A DNA stretch of 64,000 nucleotides from a virus (lineage: Duplodnaviria > Caudoviricetes): positions 5,070-69,069 of IMG/VR virus record IMGVR_UViG_3300020044_011308; one strand, 5' to 3'. The position numbers and the translations under genes were made by a program. Positions 10,442 through 19,079 of the stretch are shown one piece after another. Under the pieces are notes generated by a model. The model saw only the letters and a list, made by a program, of their open reading frames with translations, was not told the origin of the DNA and did no database searches. Position 1 is the first letter of the stretch; every line of letters begins with the position of its first letter.

Positions 10442-13171
10442 TTATGAAAATGTGAAAAATTTAGCCTTAAATGGATTCAAATTGAAATCCCAACCAATAT
10501 CATTGTACACGGTTTCTAATTTGTTTCGCATTACGCTATCAAATAAACCATCTCTATCAATATATTTGTTAATTAATTCTGTAATATCATCTGGATCGTT
10601 GTATCCGTTGTATCCTATAGTGTCAATTTGGTATGGGTTTGGTTTTAGATTAGCTATATACATTTTATCTCCAATGGTAAATTCGGGATATTTTACATTA
10701 AGTTTTTTGTAACGTAAAAAATCGTTGTATCTAATAGCTGCTTTTGTGTTTACAGGACATTTTAATTTTAATTTAGAAAATAAATCACCGGCCATAGGTT
10801 TACGTTCAATATATTCACCCATTTTCTTTAATCCAGTTGGTTTCAGTAAGTTGATCCACTCAATTTCACCAACCATTTTCTTGAATTCCATTACGTCTTT
10901 ATCTATTTCTTCTTTTGGTTTACCAAATAGAATATTTTTGATTAGGTTTTCTCCAAAGTTTCTAAATAGAGGAGGAAAATTAGATTTCATAATGTCCATT
11001 CCTTTCATCTCTAATTCCTCAATTGATATACCTTCTTTGTTTACAATGTACATTGCGTAACGGCGTTTTCCGGACCAATACGCTTTTTCAGCGATTACCT
11101 CTTGTTTGAGCACAAAGTGGTGTGCTTCGGTCATATTGAATAGATCCTGCGATATATTGTTTAGATTATCGTTTGCTACTTGCTGGAGTTCCTCAGTTAA
11201 AATAAGTAAATGTTTGATTTTCTCTTCACGGTCTTCGTATTTTAAATCAGGGTTTCTATGTTTTAGCAAATCAGTTAACTCCATGTAAAGGGAATCCGTG
11301 TCTGAAGCTATCACGAATGGTTTTTGATCTATATCTAATTGTGTGGAGATGTAGTCGTTTACAAATGTAATTGATTCTTTAGTTAATCTCTGACCTGAAT
11401 TTGTAATAGCGGCTGAGCATATTTTAAATCCATCTGTAAAACGCCAAGAGTTAATTGCATATGTACCGTATAAAGCGTTTTGTAAGATTTTAAATGCCAT
11501 TTGGTACAAGTCATATAATTTATAGTTTGCCCAATCTTCTGCTTTACCTGCTTTTTTCTTAAGTGCTCTATAATGTTCTCTTTGATTAAACCAATCCTCT
11601 AGTACTTCACAAGCTATGCTCTTTTGATCGGTTCTATAAAATGCTCCACTAGCGGAAATAGTCCAATTATTGTCTTCAATTAATTTAATTAAAGCTCCCG
11701 CTGCTATAGTAGCATCTTTTAAAGTATAAGATCGTTTAACTAATTTTTGTATGTGTAGTTTTTCCTCGGGGTCAAGTTTCTTTAACTGCTCTAAAGAATT
11801 ATATTGTTCGTAATTGTCTTTTGTAACAATTCTACCTATTAGTGTTTCAACACCTAAATTCAAAGATTTAATGATTGAGGGATACAGTGAGGTAAAGTCT
11901 AAGTCACTTACATCTGAATATAGTCCAGGGATAGGGTCTAGTAGGTATCCACCTGCGTAGCTATCTTTTTTACGGATTGATTTAGGGTAACGGTTAACAT
12001 ATTTTCCTGCCATTGTTTTTACAACAATGTTGTCTTTTTCAAAGCTATATACAGTACCCTCAATTGTTGAAGTACCGCGTTGATGTACCACGTGATCACC
12101 GAGTTCAAGCTCTTTAATGGTGTGGTTTGTGGTAGTTGGTTTATTGGGTGCAATTATACCCTTGCGTTTTAAATACGTTAAAATCGCCCCCTCGTTTAAT
12201 ATGGTATTGTAGTAAATTGATTCATATGGTGTATGGCATAAATGGGAAATCAAAATAGTTAATTCAATAAATTTTTGTTTTTCCTCTAATGCTTCTATAA
12301 TTTCAACATCTCGAATATTGTATTCTATAAATTTAAGTGGATCTTCTCTAAATAAAGTATCTAAATTACCATTGTATTCAATTTTACCTAAATTAACATA
12401 TTTTTTGCCGATATCACCTAACTTGTAAGATGGTTCTTCTTTAGCAATATATTTGCGAAGCAATAACATATAGTCTAAACTGCTAACTAAACCAATTTTA
12501 ATTGGGGAATTTGGTTGAGATAATGTTTCTGTAATTTTTCCAATTGGAGATAAACGGTTTACTTCATCCCCCAAACATTTTCTAATTCTATAATATAAAT
12601 AAGGGATATCAAAGAAATCACTATTGTATCCTACTACAATTGTAGGGTCCATTTGCTCCCATTTTAATAAGAATTTACGTAGTAAAGTGTTTTCATCTGG
12701 GCATGAAATGATTGTTTTTCCATCTTGATCTAGGTCCTCTATTTTACCTGCTTTATCTAAAATAAAGCATATCTTTTCTTTAGTGGATGTATCAATTAAA
12801 GCAATGGCTGTAATTTCTGCATTAGCTTCTCTAATGGTAAATGGGGTAAGTGCACCTAGAATTTCAATTTCAATATCTAAATAAACGGTATTGTGGTATT
12901 CAGGCATTTCGTCTGTCTTGTAGTACAGATCTCTTAAGATTACAAGTTCACGGTCAATGTCTTTTTCATAAATTGTAGGATCTTTTCTATCGTATTTGCC
13001 GGATATTGGAGAACATTTTTCACCAAATAGTGTTTCATGTTCCCCGTATTCATCCAACTTATATAGAGTAGGCCAATATTGGAATTTGTGTATTCCTTTT
13101 TTATCGTCCCGTAGATAGTAGTACCATTGATCTTCTCCTGGTAACCTGTTGTAGTAAACACTTTGATACAT
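10442..13171 (-). CDS. Family B DNA polymerase (T4 gp43-like)
   Basis: ExoI DIE, ExoII YNSDFFD, ExoIII YNIRD, motif A DFTSLYPS, motif B KILQNALYG, motif C SDTDS. Confidence 0.97.
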   Translation of the reverse strand: MYQSVYYNRLPGEDQWYYYLRDDKKGIHKFQYWPTLYKLDEYGEHETLFGEKCSPISGKYDRKDPTIYEKDIDRELVILRDLYYKTDEMPEYHNTVYLDIEIEILGALTPFTIREANAEITAIALIDTSTKEKICFILDKAGKIEDLDQDGKTIISCPDENTLLRKFLLKWEQMDPTIVVGYNSDFFDIPYLYYRIRKCLGDEVNRLSPIGKITETLSQPNSPIKIGLVSSLDYMLLLRKYIAKEEPSYKLGDIGKKYVNLGKIEYNGNLDTLFREDPLKFIEYNIRDVEIIEALEEKQKFIELTILISHLCHTPYESIYYNTILNEGAILTYLKRKGIIAPNKPTTTNHTIKELELGDHVVHQRGTSTIEGTVYSFEKDNIVVKTMAGKYVNRYPKSIRKKDSYAGGYLLDPIPGLYSDVSDLDFTSLYPSIIKSLNLGVETLIGRIVTKDNYEQYNSLEQLKKLDPEEKLHIQKLVKRSYTLKDATIAAGALIKLIEDNNWTISASGAFYRTDQKSIACEVLEDWFNQREHYRALKKKAGKAEDWANYKLYDLYQMAFKILQNALYGTYAINSWRFTDGFKICSAAITNSGQRLTKESITFVNDYISTQLDIDQKPFVIASDTDSLYMELTDLLKHRNPDLKYEDREEKIKHLLILTEELQQVANDNLNNISQDLFNMTEAHHFVLKQEVIAEKAYWSGKRRYAMYIVNKEGISIEELEMKGMDIMKSNFPPLFRNFGENLIKNILFGKPKEEIDKDVMEFKKMVGEIEWINLLKPTGLKKMGEYIERKPMAGDLFSKLKLKCPVNTKAAIRYNDFLRYKKLNVKYPEFTIGDKMYIANLKPNPYQIDTIGYNGYNDPDDITELINKYIDRDGLFDSVMRNKLETVYNDIGWDFNLNPFKAKFFTFS

Positions 13172-13185
13172 AACTTTTATTTATA

Positions 13186-13220
13186 TGAAGATACAAAAAA
13201 GCCTGCGGGTAGGCAAGCTT
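13186..13220 (-). terminator. Repeated terminator fused to Class I promoter (TTG-N20-TATCTTCA)
   Basis: AAGCTTGCCTACCCGCAGGCTTTTTTG; fourth copy of the repeat, upstream of polB. Confidence 0.7.
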
Positions 13221-13228
13221 TTTAAATA

Positions 13229-13771
13229 TTATTTTAAAAATTGAGATAAATCAGGTTTAAAGTAATTTATTGATTTCATTACTTTCTTGTCAGAGCTTCT
13301 ATAGACGATATAATATCTACCAACCTTCTCATAGTGACACGGAGTCTTTTGCTCTTCGGAACGTACTCTAACGGTTTCTTGTGCCTCCTTTTTACTTGTG
13401 CAAGCTTTGCTAAGATTAGACGCTTGGACTTCTTGATATGCTGGCCATATTTTATCCTTAAGACCATGTAGCATAGCACCGTTGCCCAATGAAACGTAGG
13501 TAATGTCACATAGAGCATCAAGAACCTCAACAATATTCCCCGTTTCGCATGCATGTTTATACTCCTCTAATTCTTCTAAAATGAAATTATAGACAAACAT
13601 CCACTCTTTTTCATCGGGTATGTTCGGGGTATAATTATTGGGCTTTCCCATTATTGCATTAAATTCTTCAACTTCTGATACAAATGGTACATAGTTTTCT
13701 TTTGTATTGCTAACAACTTGTTTTGCTAGGAATTTTGTAATTTGATTTTTAAATCCTTTTAGTAGTTTCAT
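13229..13771 (-). CDS. MazG/PRA-PH-like nucleoside triphosphate pyrophosphohydrolase
   Basis: FILEELEEY...EVLDALCDITYV...EVQASNLSK. Confidence 0.85.
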   Translation of the reverse strand: MKLLKGFKNQITKFLAKQVVSNTKENYVPFVSEVEEFNAIMGKPNNYTPNIPDEKEWMFVYNFILEELEEYKHACETGNIVEVLDALCDITYVSLGNGAMLHGLKDKIWPAYQEVQASNLSKACTSKKEAQETVRVRSEEQKTPCHYEKVGRYYIVYRSSDKKVMKSINYFKPDLSQFLK

Positions 13772-13781
13772 ATTTTTATTT

Positions 13782-14012
13782 TTAAAATGGTAATGATTGG
13801 TCTTGATTAAAGGTAATTTGATTTAATGCTTCTAATTTATCTTGTGCATCTGCTAGTTGGGAAATTAATTTATCCATTTCCTCTAAATGTTGAGGGTGTT
13901 CTCCAATCCCAACTGAATTTTCAAAGTAAATTGATAAAGTTGCTTTTGCTTCTGCAATTTGAGCTCTATATTTTAACTCTAAAGCTTCATAGAGTAAAGT
14001 TGATGTTGACAT
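13782..14012 (-). CDS. Small helical hypothetical protein
   Basis: VGIGEHP motif between two helices; ends in SLPF. Confidence 0.7.
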   Translation of the reverse strand: MSTSTLLYEALELKYRAQIAEAKATLSIYFENSVGIGEHPQHLEEMDKLISQLADAQDKLEALNQITFNQDQSLPF

Positions 14013-14022
14013 ATTTTTATTT

Positions 14023-14721
14023 TTAGATTTGGTGTCCGCCGTTATTTATTTTTAGTGAGTCAAAAAATTCTTTGCGTGCTTGATTATCGTTTTCCATAAA
14101 CACACCTGATGCTTTAGTTGTAACCATTGATGCTCCTTGGTGTTTAATACCACGACATGAAACACAATTGTGTGTTGCTACTACAGTTACAATTACACCT
14201 CTGTTTAATTCACAGATTTTATTTACAGCATTGTGGATAGCTGATGTTAATTGTTCTTGGATTGCTCCTCTACGGCCAAATAGCTCTACTATTCGGTTTA
14301 ATTTGGATAAGCCAATTACTCTACCTTCATCTCCTACAACATATCCAATATGTACTACTCCTCCAATTGTTTGGTGGTGGTGTGAGCACATTGAATTGAT
14401 AGGAATATTTCTTTCAATTACTATACCGTCGTATCCATCACTTGGAAATGAGGTAATATCAGACATTGCTGTATATCGACCTGCAAATAAATCAAATACA
14501 TATGCTTTTGCTACACGGCGAGGTGTTTCTGATGAATTTGGATCATTTTTCCAATCTACACCTAATGCAGTTAAAAATTGACCATAAGCAAGTTCGGCTT
14601 TATCAACCATTTCCCATTTTTCTTGTTCTGTAAGCGGGAAACCAGGTGCAACTCCATTTGCATAACCTTCTTTTACACACTCTAAATCAGTGTGATTTTT
14701 TCTACGTTTGTTTTCTGTCAT
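14023..14721 (-). CDS. folE: GTP cyclohydrolase I
   Basis: ETPRRVAK, SMCSHH, IGLSKLNR, IQEQLT, HNCVSCRG. Confidence 0.95.
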   Translation of the reverse strand: MTENKRRKNHTDLECVKEGYANGVAPGFPLTEQEKWEMVDKAELAYGQFLTALGVDWKNDPNSSETPRRVAKAYVFDLFAGRYTAMSDITSFPSDGYDGIVIERNIPINSMCSHHHQTIGGVVHIGYVVGDEGRVIGLSKLNRIVELFGRRGAIQEQLTSAIHNAVNKICELNRGVIVTVVATHNCVSCRGIKHQGASMVTTKASGVFMENDNQARKEFFDSLKINNGGHQI

Positions 14722-14730
14722 ATATTTAAA

Positions 14731-15021
14731 TTAATCTTGTATTGTAATTTTATCTATTTTATATTGTTTTTTATATCTTTCAATATACGACTTTCCTATT
14801 CCAATGTCAATGATTTCATGATCATCTGAAATAACAGGTGTATGTTTTCTGTTTGATATAATAGAATCTATTTCAAGGTTTTTATATGTGTTTAAGTAAT
14901 GTTTTTTACCTGTTGGTTTTTTATAAACAACACATATTATCATTTTTTCAGATGATGGCCTTCCAGTTCTAACAAATGTAGGTTTAGTTGTGATTTTTTT
15001 AGAAGGTCTTCCTCTTCCCAT
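14731..15021 (-). CDS. Basic protein with two AT-hook-like GRP motifs
   Basis: MGRGRPSKK...RTGRPS. Confidence 0.65.
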   Translation of the reverse strand: MGRGRPSKKITTKPTFVRTGRPSSEKMIICVVYKKPTGKKHYLNTYKNLEIDSIISNRKHTPVISDDHEIIDIGIGKSYIERYKKQYKIDKITIQD

Positions 15022-15037
15022 AACTTATTATTTTATA

Positions 15038-15068
15038 TAAATGTACAAAAATTTTTTGGATAAGCCAA
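15038..15068 (-). promoter_or_regulatory. Class I promoter TTG-N20-TACATTTA
   Basis: Exact 20-nt spacer. Confidence 0.65.
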
Positions 15069-15069
15069 A

Positions 15070-15492
15070 TTAAAATTTGTAATCTTGAATAGTATTTGAA
15101 TCTTCTCTTTCCCACGGATAAACTATCCAATCATTTGAATTCCAAATACTAGAATAAAATGTAGGTTTAAATACAGAAGTTTGAGGTTTGTAATGCAAAC
15201 ATGCAAAATTTAAATTAAATGGAAAAGCATATTCTTTTTGATGCGTTTCAAAAAAATTAGCAAATGTAACTCCACTATCGCAAATATCATCTATAATTAA
15301 TGTATTTGGGGAAATAGTTCCTTTAGTCATTGGTATTCCTAGTTTATGGGAAACCATAACCGCTGGTATAAGTCCTCCTCTCTGTAATCCAAAAATATTT
15401 TCAATTTGAATTCCTGATTGGGCAATTTGTTGGGTTAATGAATTAACTAATTCATCTATTTCATTCCAACTAACATAATGTTTTTCTATCAT
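15070..15492 (-). CDS. Type I phosphoribosyltransferase (xanthine-guanine PRTase-like)
   Basis: RGGLIPA, PRPP-binding IIDDICDSGVT, WIVYPWE. Confidence 0.9.
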   Translation of the reverse strand: MIEKHYVSWNEIDELVNSLTQQIAQSGIQIENIFGLQRGGLIPAVMVSHKLGIPMTKGTISPNTLIIDDICDSGVTFANFFETHQKEYAFPFNLNFACLHYKPQTSVFKPTFYSSIWNSNDWIVYPWEREDSNTIQDYKF

Positions 15493-16271
15493 ACCATGCG
15501 TTTTGTGTCGAAGGCAATGATGTGGTCACGCCCTGTCATATTGTATCCTTTTTCAACACACATATCAAATACAAGTGGATACATTTCAATTAATGTTTCT
15601 CTAGTATCTCCAGCAGGCATAATGTATGTTTTGTCTTTTGGAATATTAAGTTCTACTCGATACGCTTCAATAGTAGCAAGATTTTCATCTGTACCATCCC
15701 ATACTGGTTTATAGTGGTAATCTGTATGAAACTCCATCATTTGCTTAATTACAGTAGTATTAAGTCTTAATTTATTGTGTTGATCGATCATTCTTTGATC
15801 CACAATCGCTCCTTGAGGCGTAACAGCACCGAGTACGGGTATAGAATTACCAAACTTTGGACTGAGAGATATAAGGCCAATAGGATAGTCGGTAGGTACG
15901 AAATGGCTACCTTCAGTTTCAATAGTAATGAGTATATCTCTTTCATGTGCAAAGTGTGTTAATTCGTTTACTAATTTTGGATGCATAGTTGGACTTCCTC
16001 CTGTTAACATCATTTCTTTTATATGAGGATTTTCGTCATATATTTTGATAATATCGTTAAAGTTAAATGTTCCTTTCTCTGGGTGTATGCTTGTATACCA
16101 GCTGTCGCACCACCCGCCTTCTCCAAAATAGCAACGATGTGTGCATCCTGTTGTACGAACTGCAATAGTGGGTCTTCCAAAACGAGAACCCTCGCTTTGA
16201 ACACATCTATACAATTCAAGTATAGGTAATGTTTTGCTATAATCTTCTATTCTTCCTAAATTTGATTCCAT
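15489..16271 (-). CDS. queE: 7-carboxy-7-deazaguanine synthase (radical SAM)
   Basis: VQSEG, R-TTGCTHRCYFGEGGWCDS (Cx3Cx7C), LTGG, IETEG, SLSPK; clustered with queC/queD/folE. Confidence 0.9.
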   Translation of the reverse strand: MESNLGRIEDYSKTLPILELYRCVQSEGSRFGRPTIAVRTTGCTHRCYFGEGGWCDSWYTSIHPEKGTFNFNDIIKIYDENPHIKEMMLTGGSPTMHPKLVNELTHFAHERDILITIETEGSHFVPTDYPIGLISLSPKFGNSIPVLGAVTPQGAIVDQRMIDQHNKLRLNTTVIKQMMEFHTDYHYKPVWDGTDENLATIEAYRVELNIPKDKTYIMPAGDTRETLIEMYPLVFDMCVEKGYNMTGRDHIIAFDTKRMV

Positions 16272-16504
16272 AATTCTTTTACTTGTGATTCACTTAAAAC
16301 TCCTGGTTTTTTATTAACTTCTTGTCCATCCTTTAAAAATATTAAAGTAGGTATACTTCTAATATTATATTGGGTAGCTAATGTTGGATTCTGATCAACA
16401 TCTACAAATTGAACAGGAATAGAAGCACTTACACTTTCCATAATAGGTTTAAAATTTTTGCACGGTCCACACCATTCTGCAGAGAAATAAATAATTTGTT
16501 TCAT
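16256..16504 (-). CDS. Thioredoxin
   Basis: WCGPC active site, SIPT cis-Pro loop. Confidence 0.95.
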   Translation of the reverse strand: MKQIIYFSAEWCGPCKNFKPIMESVSASIPVQFVDVDQNPTLATQYNIRSIPTLIFLKDGQEVNKKPGVLSESQVKELWNQI

Positions 16505-16572
16505 TTTGTTAAAATATATTTAAATTTAATGTCACCAAAAGTGGTGGTTGTCGTATAATAATTATTGTCCAT
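16501..16572 (-). CDS. 23-aa micro-ORF MDNNYYTTTTTFGDIKFKYILTK
   Basis: Starts inside the last codons of queD and ends in an ATGA overlap with thioredoxin, filling the gap exactly. Confidence 0.5.
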   Translation of the reverse strand: MDNNYYTTTTTFGDIKFKYILTK

Positions 16573-17026
16573 AGCTTGCACTGTTTTTTTCGTGTTCATA
16601 AACTTCTACTTTTATTGCTTTTACTCTATCTTCTGTTTCTTCTTTTAAGAATGCATTGATTATATAATATAAATGTTCTGCAAATTTTTCGCATCCAGTA
16701 GCTGGGAGTATTCGTAACTGTATGATACCATCTTCATCCATTTGTTGGAATTTCTTTAAGTATGGATCATCTATAGCTACAACTGTTGTGTGGTCTAATA
16801 AAAAGGAAAAATAATCTTTTGGAGACATTCCAGAAATTTTAGTTTTAGATCGCTTCATGCCCCCAAAGTCCCATACCCAGTTTCTGTGATCTAATTCACC
16901 TTCAAACCAAACTCTAAAAGATACTGCGTATCCGTGTAGGAATCTGCAATGGGTATCTTCTGCTTTCCATTGACGGAAACAAGTTGAGTATCCATCAAAT
17001 AATTTTGTACTAGTATATTTTGCCAT
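16562..17026 (-). CDS. queD: 6-carboxy-5,6,7,8-tetrahydropterin synthase
   Basis: CRFLHGY, WVWDFG, LDH, terminal E-HEKNSA. Confidence 0.88.
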   Translation of the reverse strand: MAKYTSTKLFDGYSTCFRQWKAEDTHCRFLHGYAVSFRVWFEGELDHRNWVWDFGGMKRSKTKISGMSPKDYFSFLLDHTTVVAIDDPYLKKFQQMDEDGIIQLRILPATGCEKFAEHLYYIINAFLKEETEDRVKAIKVEVYEHEKNSASYGQ

Positions 17027-17027
17027 T

Positions 17028-17288
17028 TTAATTTATTTTATCGTAAGTTAATTCAAAGATGTCCGGTTTGCATGGATAGAATTCTCCTTTAATACCTTTT
17101 ATAACGTAATCGTTCCAAGAGATTTCCATATCTCCTTCTAAGGTTCTTATAAAATGATATAATCCCTCACCATCTGATGTTGGGGTTACTATTAAGTTAT
17201 CTCCTAACATATCATACACCTCTTGAATGTTTTGAGATATAAACTGTACTGCTTCGATCTCTACTGGTTTTTTTCTGTATTTTCCCAT
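17028..17288 (-). CDS. Conserved small phage protein
   Basis: KYRKKPVEIEAVQF...TLEG...GEFYPCKPDIFELTY, a pattern familiar from phage proteins. Confidence 0.75.
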   Translation of the reverse strand: MGKYRKKPVEIEAVQFISQNIQEVYDMLGDNLIVTPTSDGEGLYHFIRTLEGDMEISWNDYVIKGIKGEFYPCKPDIFELTYDKIN

Positions 17289-17289
17289 T

Positions 17290-17775
17290 TTAATTTATTT
17301 TTTTATTATTTTGTATTGAAAATCCATCTCCTTGGTTTCCTATCACATATCCATCAGCTTTTAAATTAACTTTAATATATTGTAACCAAATTTTATCTTT
17401 TTGACCTTCTTTTCCTGGTTTATTTGTAGCTTCAATAAATAATTGTGTAGGTTGGTATTTTTTTATAAATTCATTTATTACTTGAACAACTGTTGAAATA
17501 ATTTTAAAGAAGTGATTTAAATCGGTTTTAAATGCTTCTACACTTTGGTTATTAATTGTAAATTCAACTTCATATCCATTTGAACCTTCTTTAAATCTAT
17601 GAAATCTAACACTAATATCATTTTGTTGTTCATCTTTAAAATCGGTATAAACCATATTTCCTTTTTCACTAAATAAAAAATCTTTTTCATATGGTTGAAC
17701 ACGTTGTTCTATTTCTAAAAGTTTTTGTTCACTTTCATTTAAGTTTTGTTTATAATTTAAATATGATCTTGCCAT
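17290..17775 (-). CDS. Hypothetical protein
   Basis: 161-aa ORF; N-terminal LNE/LLE motifs. Confidence 0.7.
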   Translation of the reverse strand: MARSYLNYKQNLNESEQKLLEIEQRVQPYEKDFLFSEKGNMVYTDFKDEQQNDISVRFHRFKEGSNGYEVEFTINNQSVEAFKTDLNHFFKIISTVVQVINEFIKKYQPTQLFIEATNKPGKEGQKDKIWLQYIKVNLKADGYVIGNQGDGFSIQNNKKIN

Positions 17776-17776
17776 T

Positions 17777-18616
17777 TTAATTATTGTGTGTTTCTAAAAC
17801 TTTTGTTACTTCATTTACTACGTGTTCCCAATTTACAGGACCTGTTTCATCAGCATATCCTACAGGATCTTTTCGTCCCAATTTAATAAAAGCCTCTACA
17901 CGCTCCACGGAACTTGCTGATTTGTAATCAGAAAACCATCCGGAAGCATCAATTATATCCATACCTTCCTCGTAAGCTAGTTCGTGGTATATAGGCTTAT
18001 ATGAAGTATTTGTGCGTTTGTATACTTCGTTAAAGTTTAAGCCAAGTTCATCACATAACATTTCACCATCTTGTAAAATAGTAAATTTATCTCCTTCAAG
18101 ATATGGTGTAAAGTAACCTACTTTTTCAGATCCCCAATTTCCAATTCTAAAGGCTGTATCATCTGCATCTCTAAATTCTTGTCTACAATCTGGATAAATT
18201 GCGTGATCGCCTGCATGGATCCCCATTGCAATATCACATTGCTCATCTGTTTCATCTGCGATTGAAAGTGCTACTGCTTGGATAATTGAAGCAAATATTT
18301 TATTTCTGTTTGGAACAACTGTTGCTTTCATGTTTTCTTCAGCATAGTGTCCTTCAGGTACTTCTTCTCCACCTGTTACTAAAGCTGAGTTTAGTAGGTC
18401 AGCTAATCCATTTAATTGAATTTGACGATAACGGATTGGAGAGTAAGTTAAATTAATATAATCTACTAATGACTGTGCTCTATCTAACTCTATTCGATGT
18501 TTTTGTCCATAATCAAAAGAGATTGCTGTTACTGTATCGTACTCTTTCAAGCAACGAAGTAACAATGTTGAGGAGTCCATCCCTCCGCTAAGACTAACTA
18601 CTACATGTTTTGCCAT
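17777..18616 (-). CDS. queC: 7-cyano-7-deazaguanine (preQ0) synthase lacking the Zn cysteines
   Basis: PP-loop SGGMDS, FDYGQKH, VPNRN, YPDCR. Confidence 0.93.
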   Translation of the reverse strand: MAKHVVVSLSGGMDSSTLLLRCLKEYDTVTAISFDYGQKHRIELDRAQSLVDYINLTYSPIRYRQIQLNGLADLLNSALVTGGEEVPEGHYAEENMKATVVPNRNKIFASIIQAVALSIADETDEQCDIAMGIHAGDHAIYPDCRQEFRDADDTAFRIGNWGSEKVGYFTPYLEGDKFTILQDGEMLCDELGLNFNEVYKRTNTSYKPIYHELAYEEGMDIIDASGWFSDYKSASSVERVEAFIKLGRKDPVGYADETGPVNWEHVVNEVTKVLETHNN

Positions 18617-18771
18617 AATTCACTATTTAAATTTTTATATTCTTGTTTGGTTAATCCTTTCATTAGCATATAACATTCAAAATCTATATCTAATAATCTC
18701 CAATGAGTATACCATTCTTCTTTCCACAGTTCACGGAATTTTTCAAATTCCTGTTTTGTTAATTTATCCAT
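18601..18771 (-). CDS. 56-aa hypothetical protein (below ORF-track cutoff)
   Basis: MDKLTKQEFEKFRELWKEEWYTHWRLLDIDFECYMLMKGLTKQEYKNLNSELWQNM; fills the gap and overlaps the queC start. Confidence 0.65.
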   Translation of the reverse strand: MDKLTKQEFEKFRELWKEEWYTHWRLLDIDFECYMLMKGLTKQEYKNLNSELWQNM

Positions 18772-18773
18772 AA

Positions 18774-19031
18774 TTAAAAGGGTAAATCATCTTCATCAAT
18801 AACTCTATTAAGTGTTCCCGGTAAATCTTCTTGATGGATTGATTCTGGTTCTCTAAAATAAAAATCTAAAAAATCTTTAGGATACAAATGTACAATACCT
18901 GTATATTTTGGATTTGAGATTTCTCTTTTTTGCATTTTAACACCTGCTTGATAAGCAGCAGATGCTACTTCTTTTCCTAATTCATTACCTGCGGCTTTAC
19001 CTATGTACTCATATAAACTTAAATATTCCAT
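18774..19031 (-). CDS. Hypothetical protein with SSB-like acidic tail (DEDDLPF)
   Basis: 85-aa ORF. Confidence 0.7.
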   Translation of the reverse strand: MEYLSLYEYIGKAAGNELGKEVASAAYQAGVKMQKREISNPKYTGIVHLYPKDFLDFYFREPESIHQEDLPGTLNRVIDEDDLPF

Positions 19032-19047
19032 AACTTTTATTTTTGAT

Positions 19048-19078
19048 TAAATATACGAAAAGAAAATATGGACTCCAA
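19048..19078 (-). promoter_or_regulatory. Class I promoter TTG-N20-TATATTTA
   Basis: Exact 20-nt spacer; heads the queC-queD-queE operon. Confidence 0.7.
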
Positions 19079-19079
19079 A

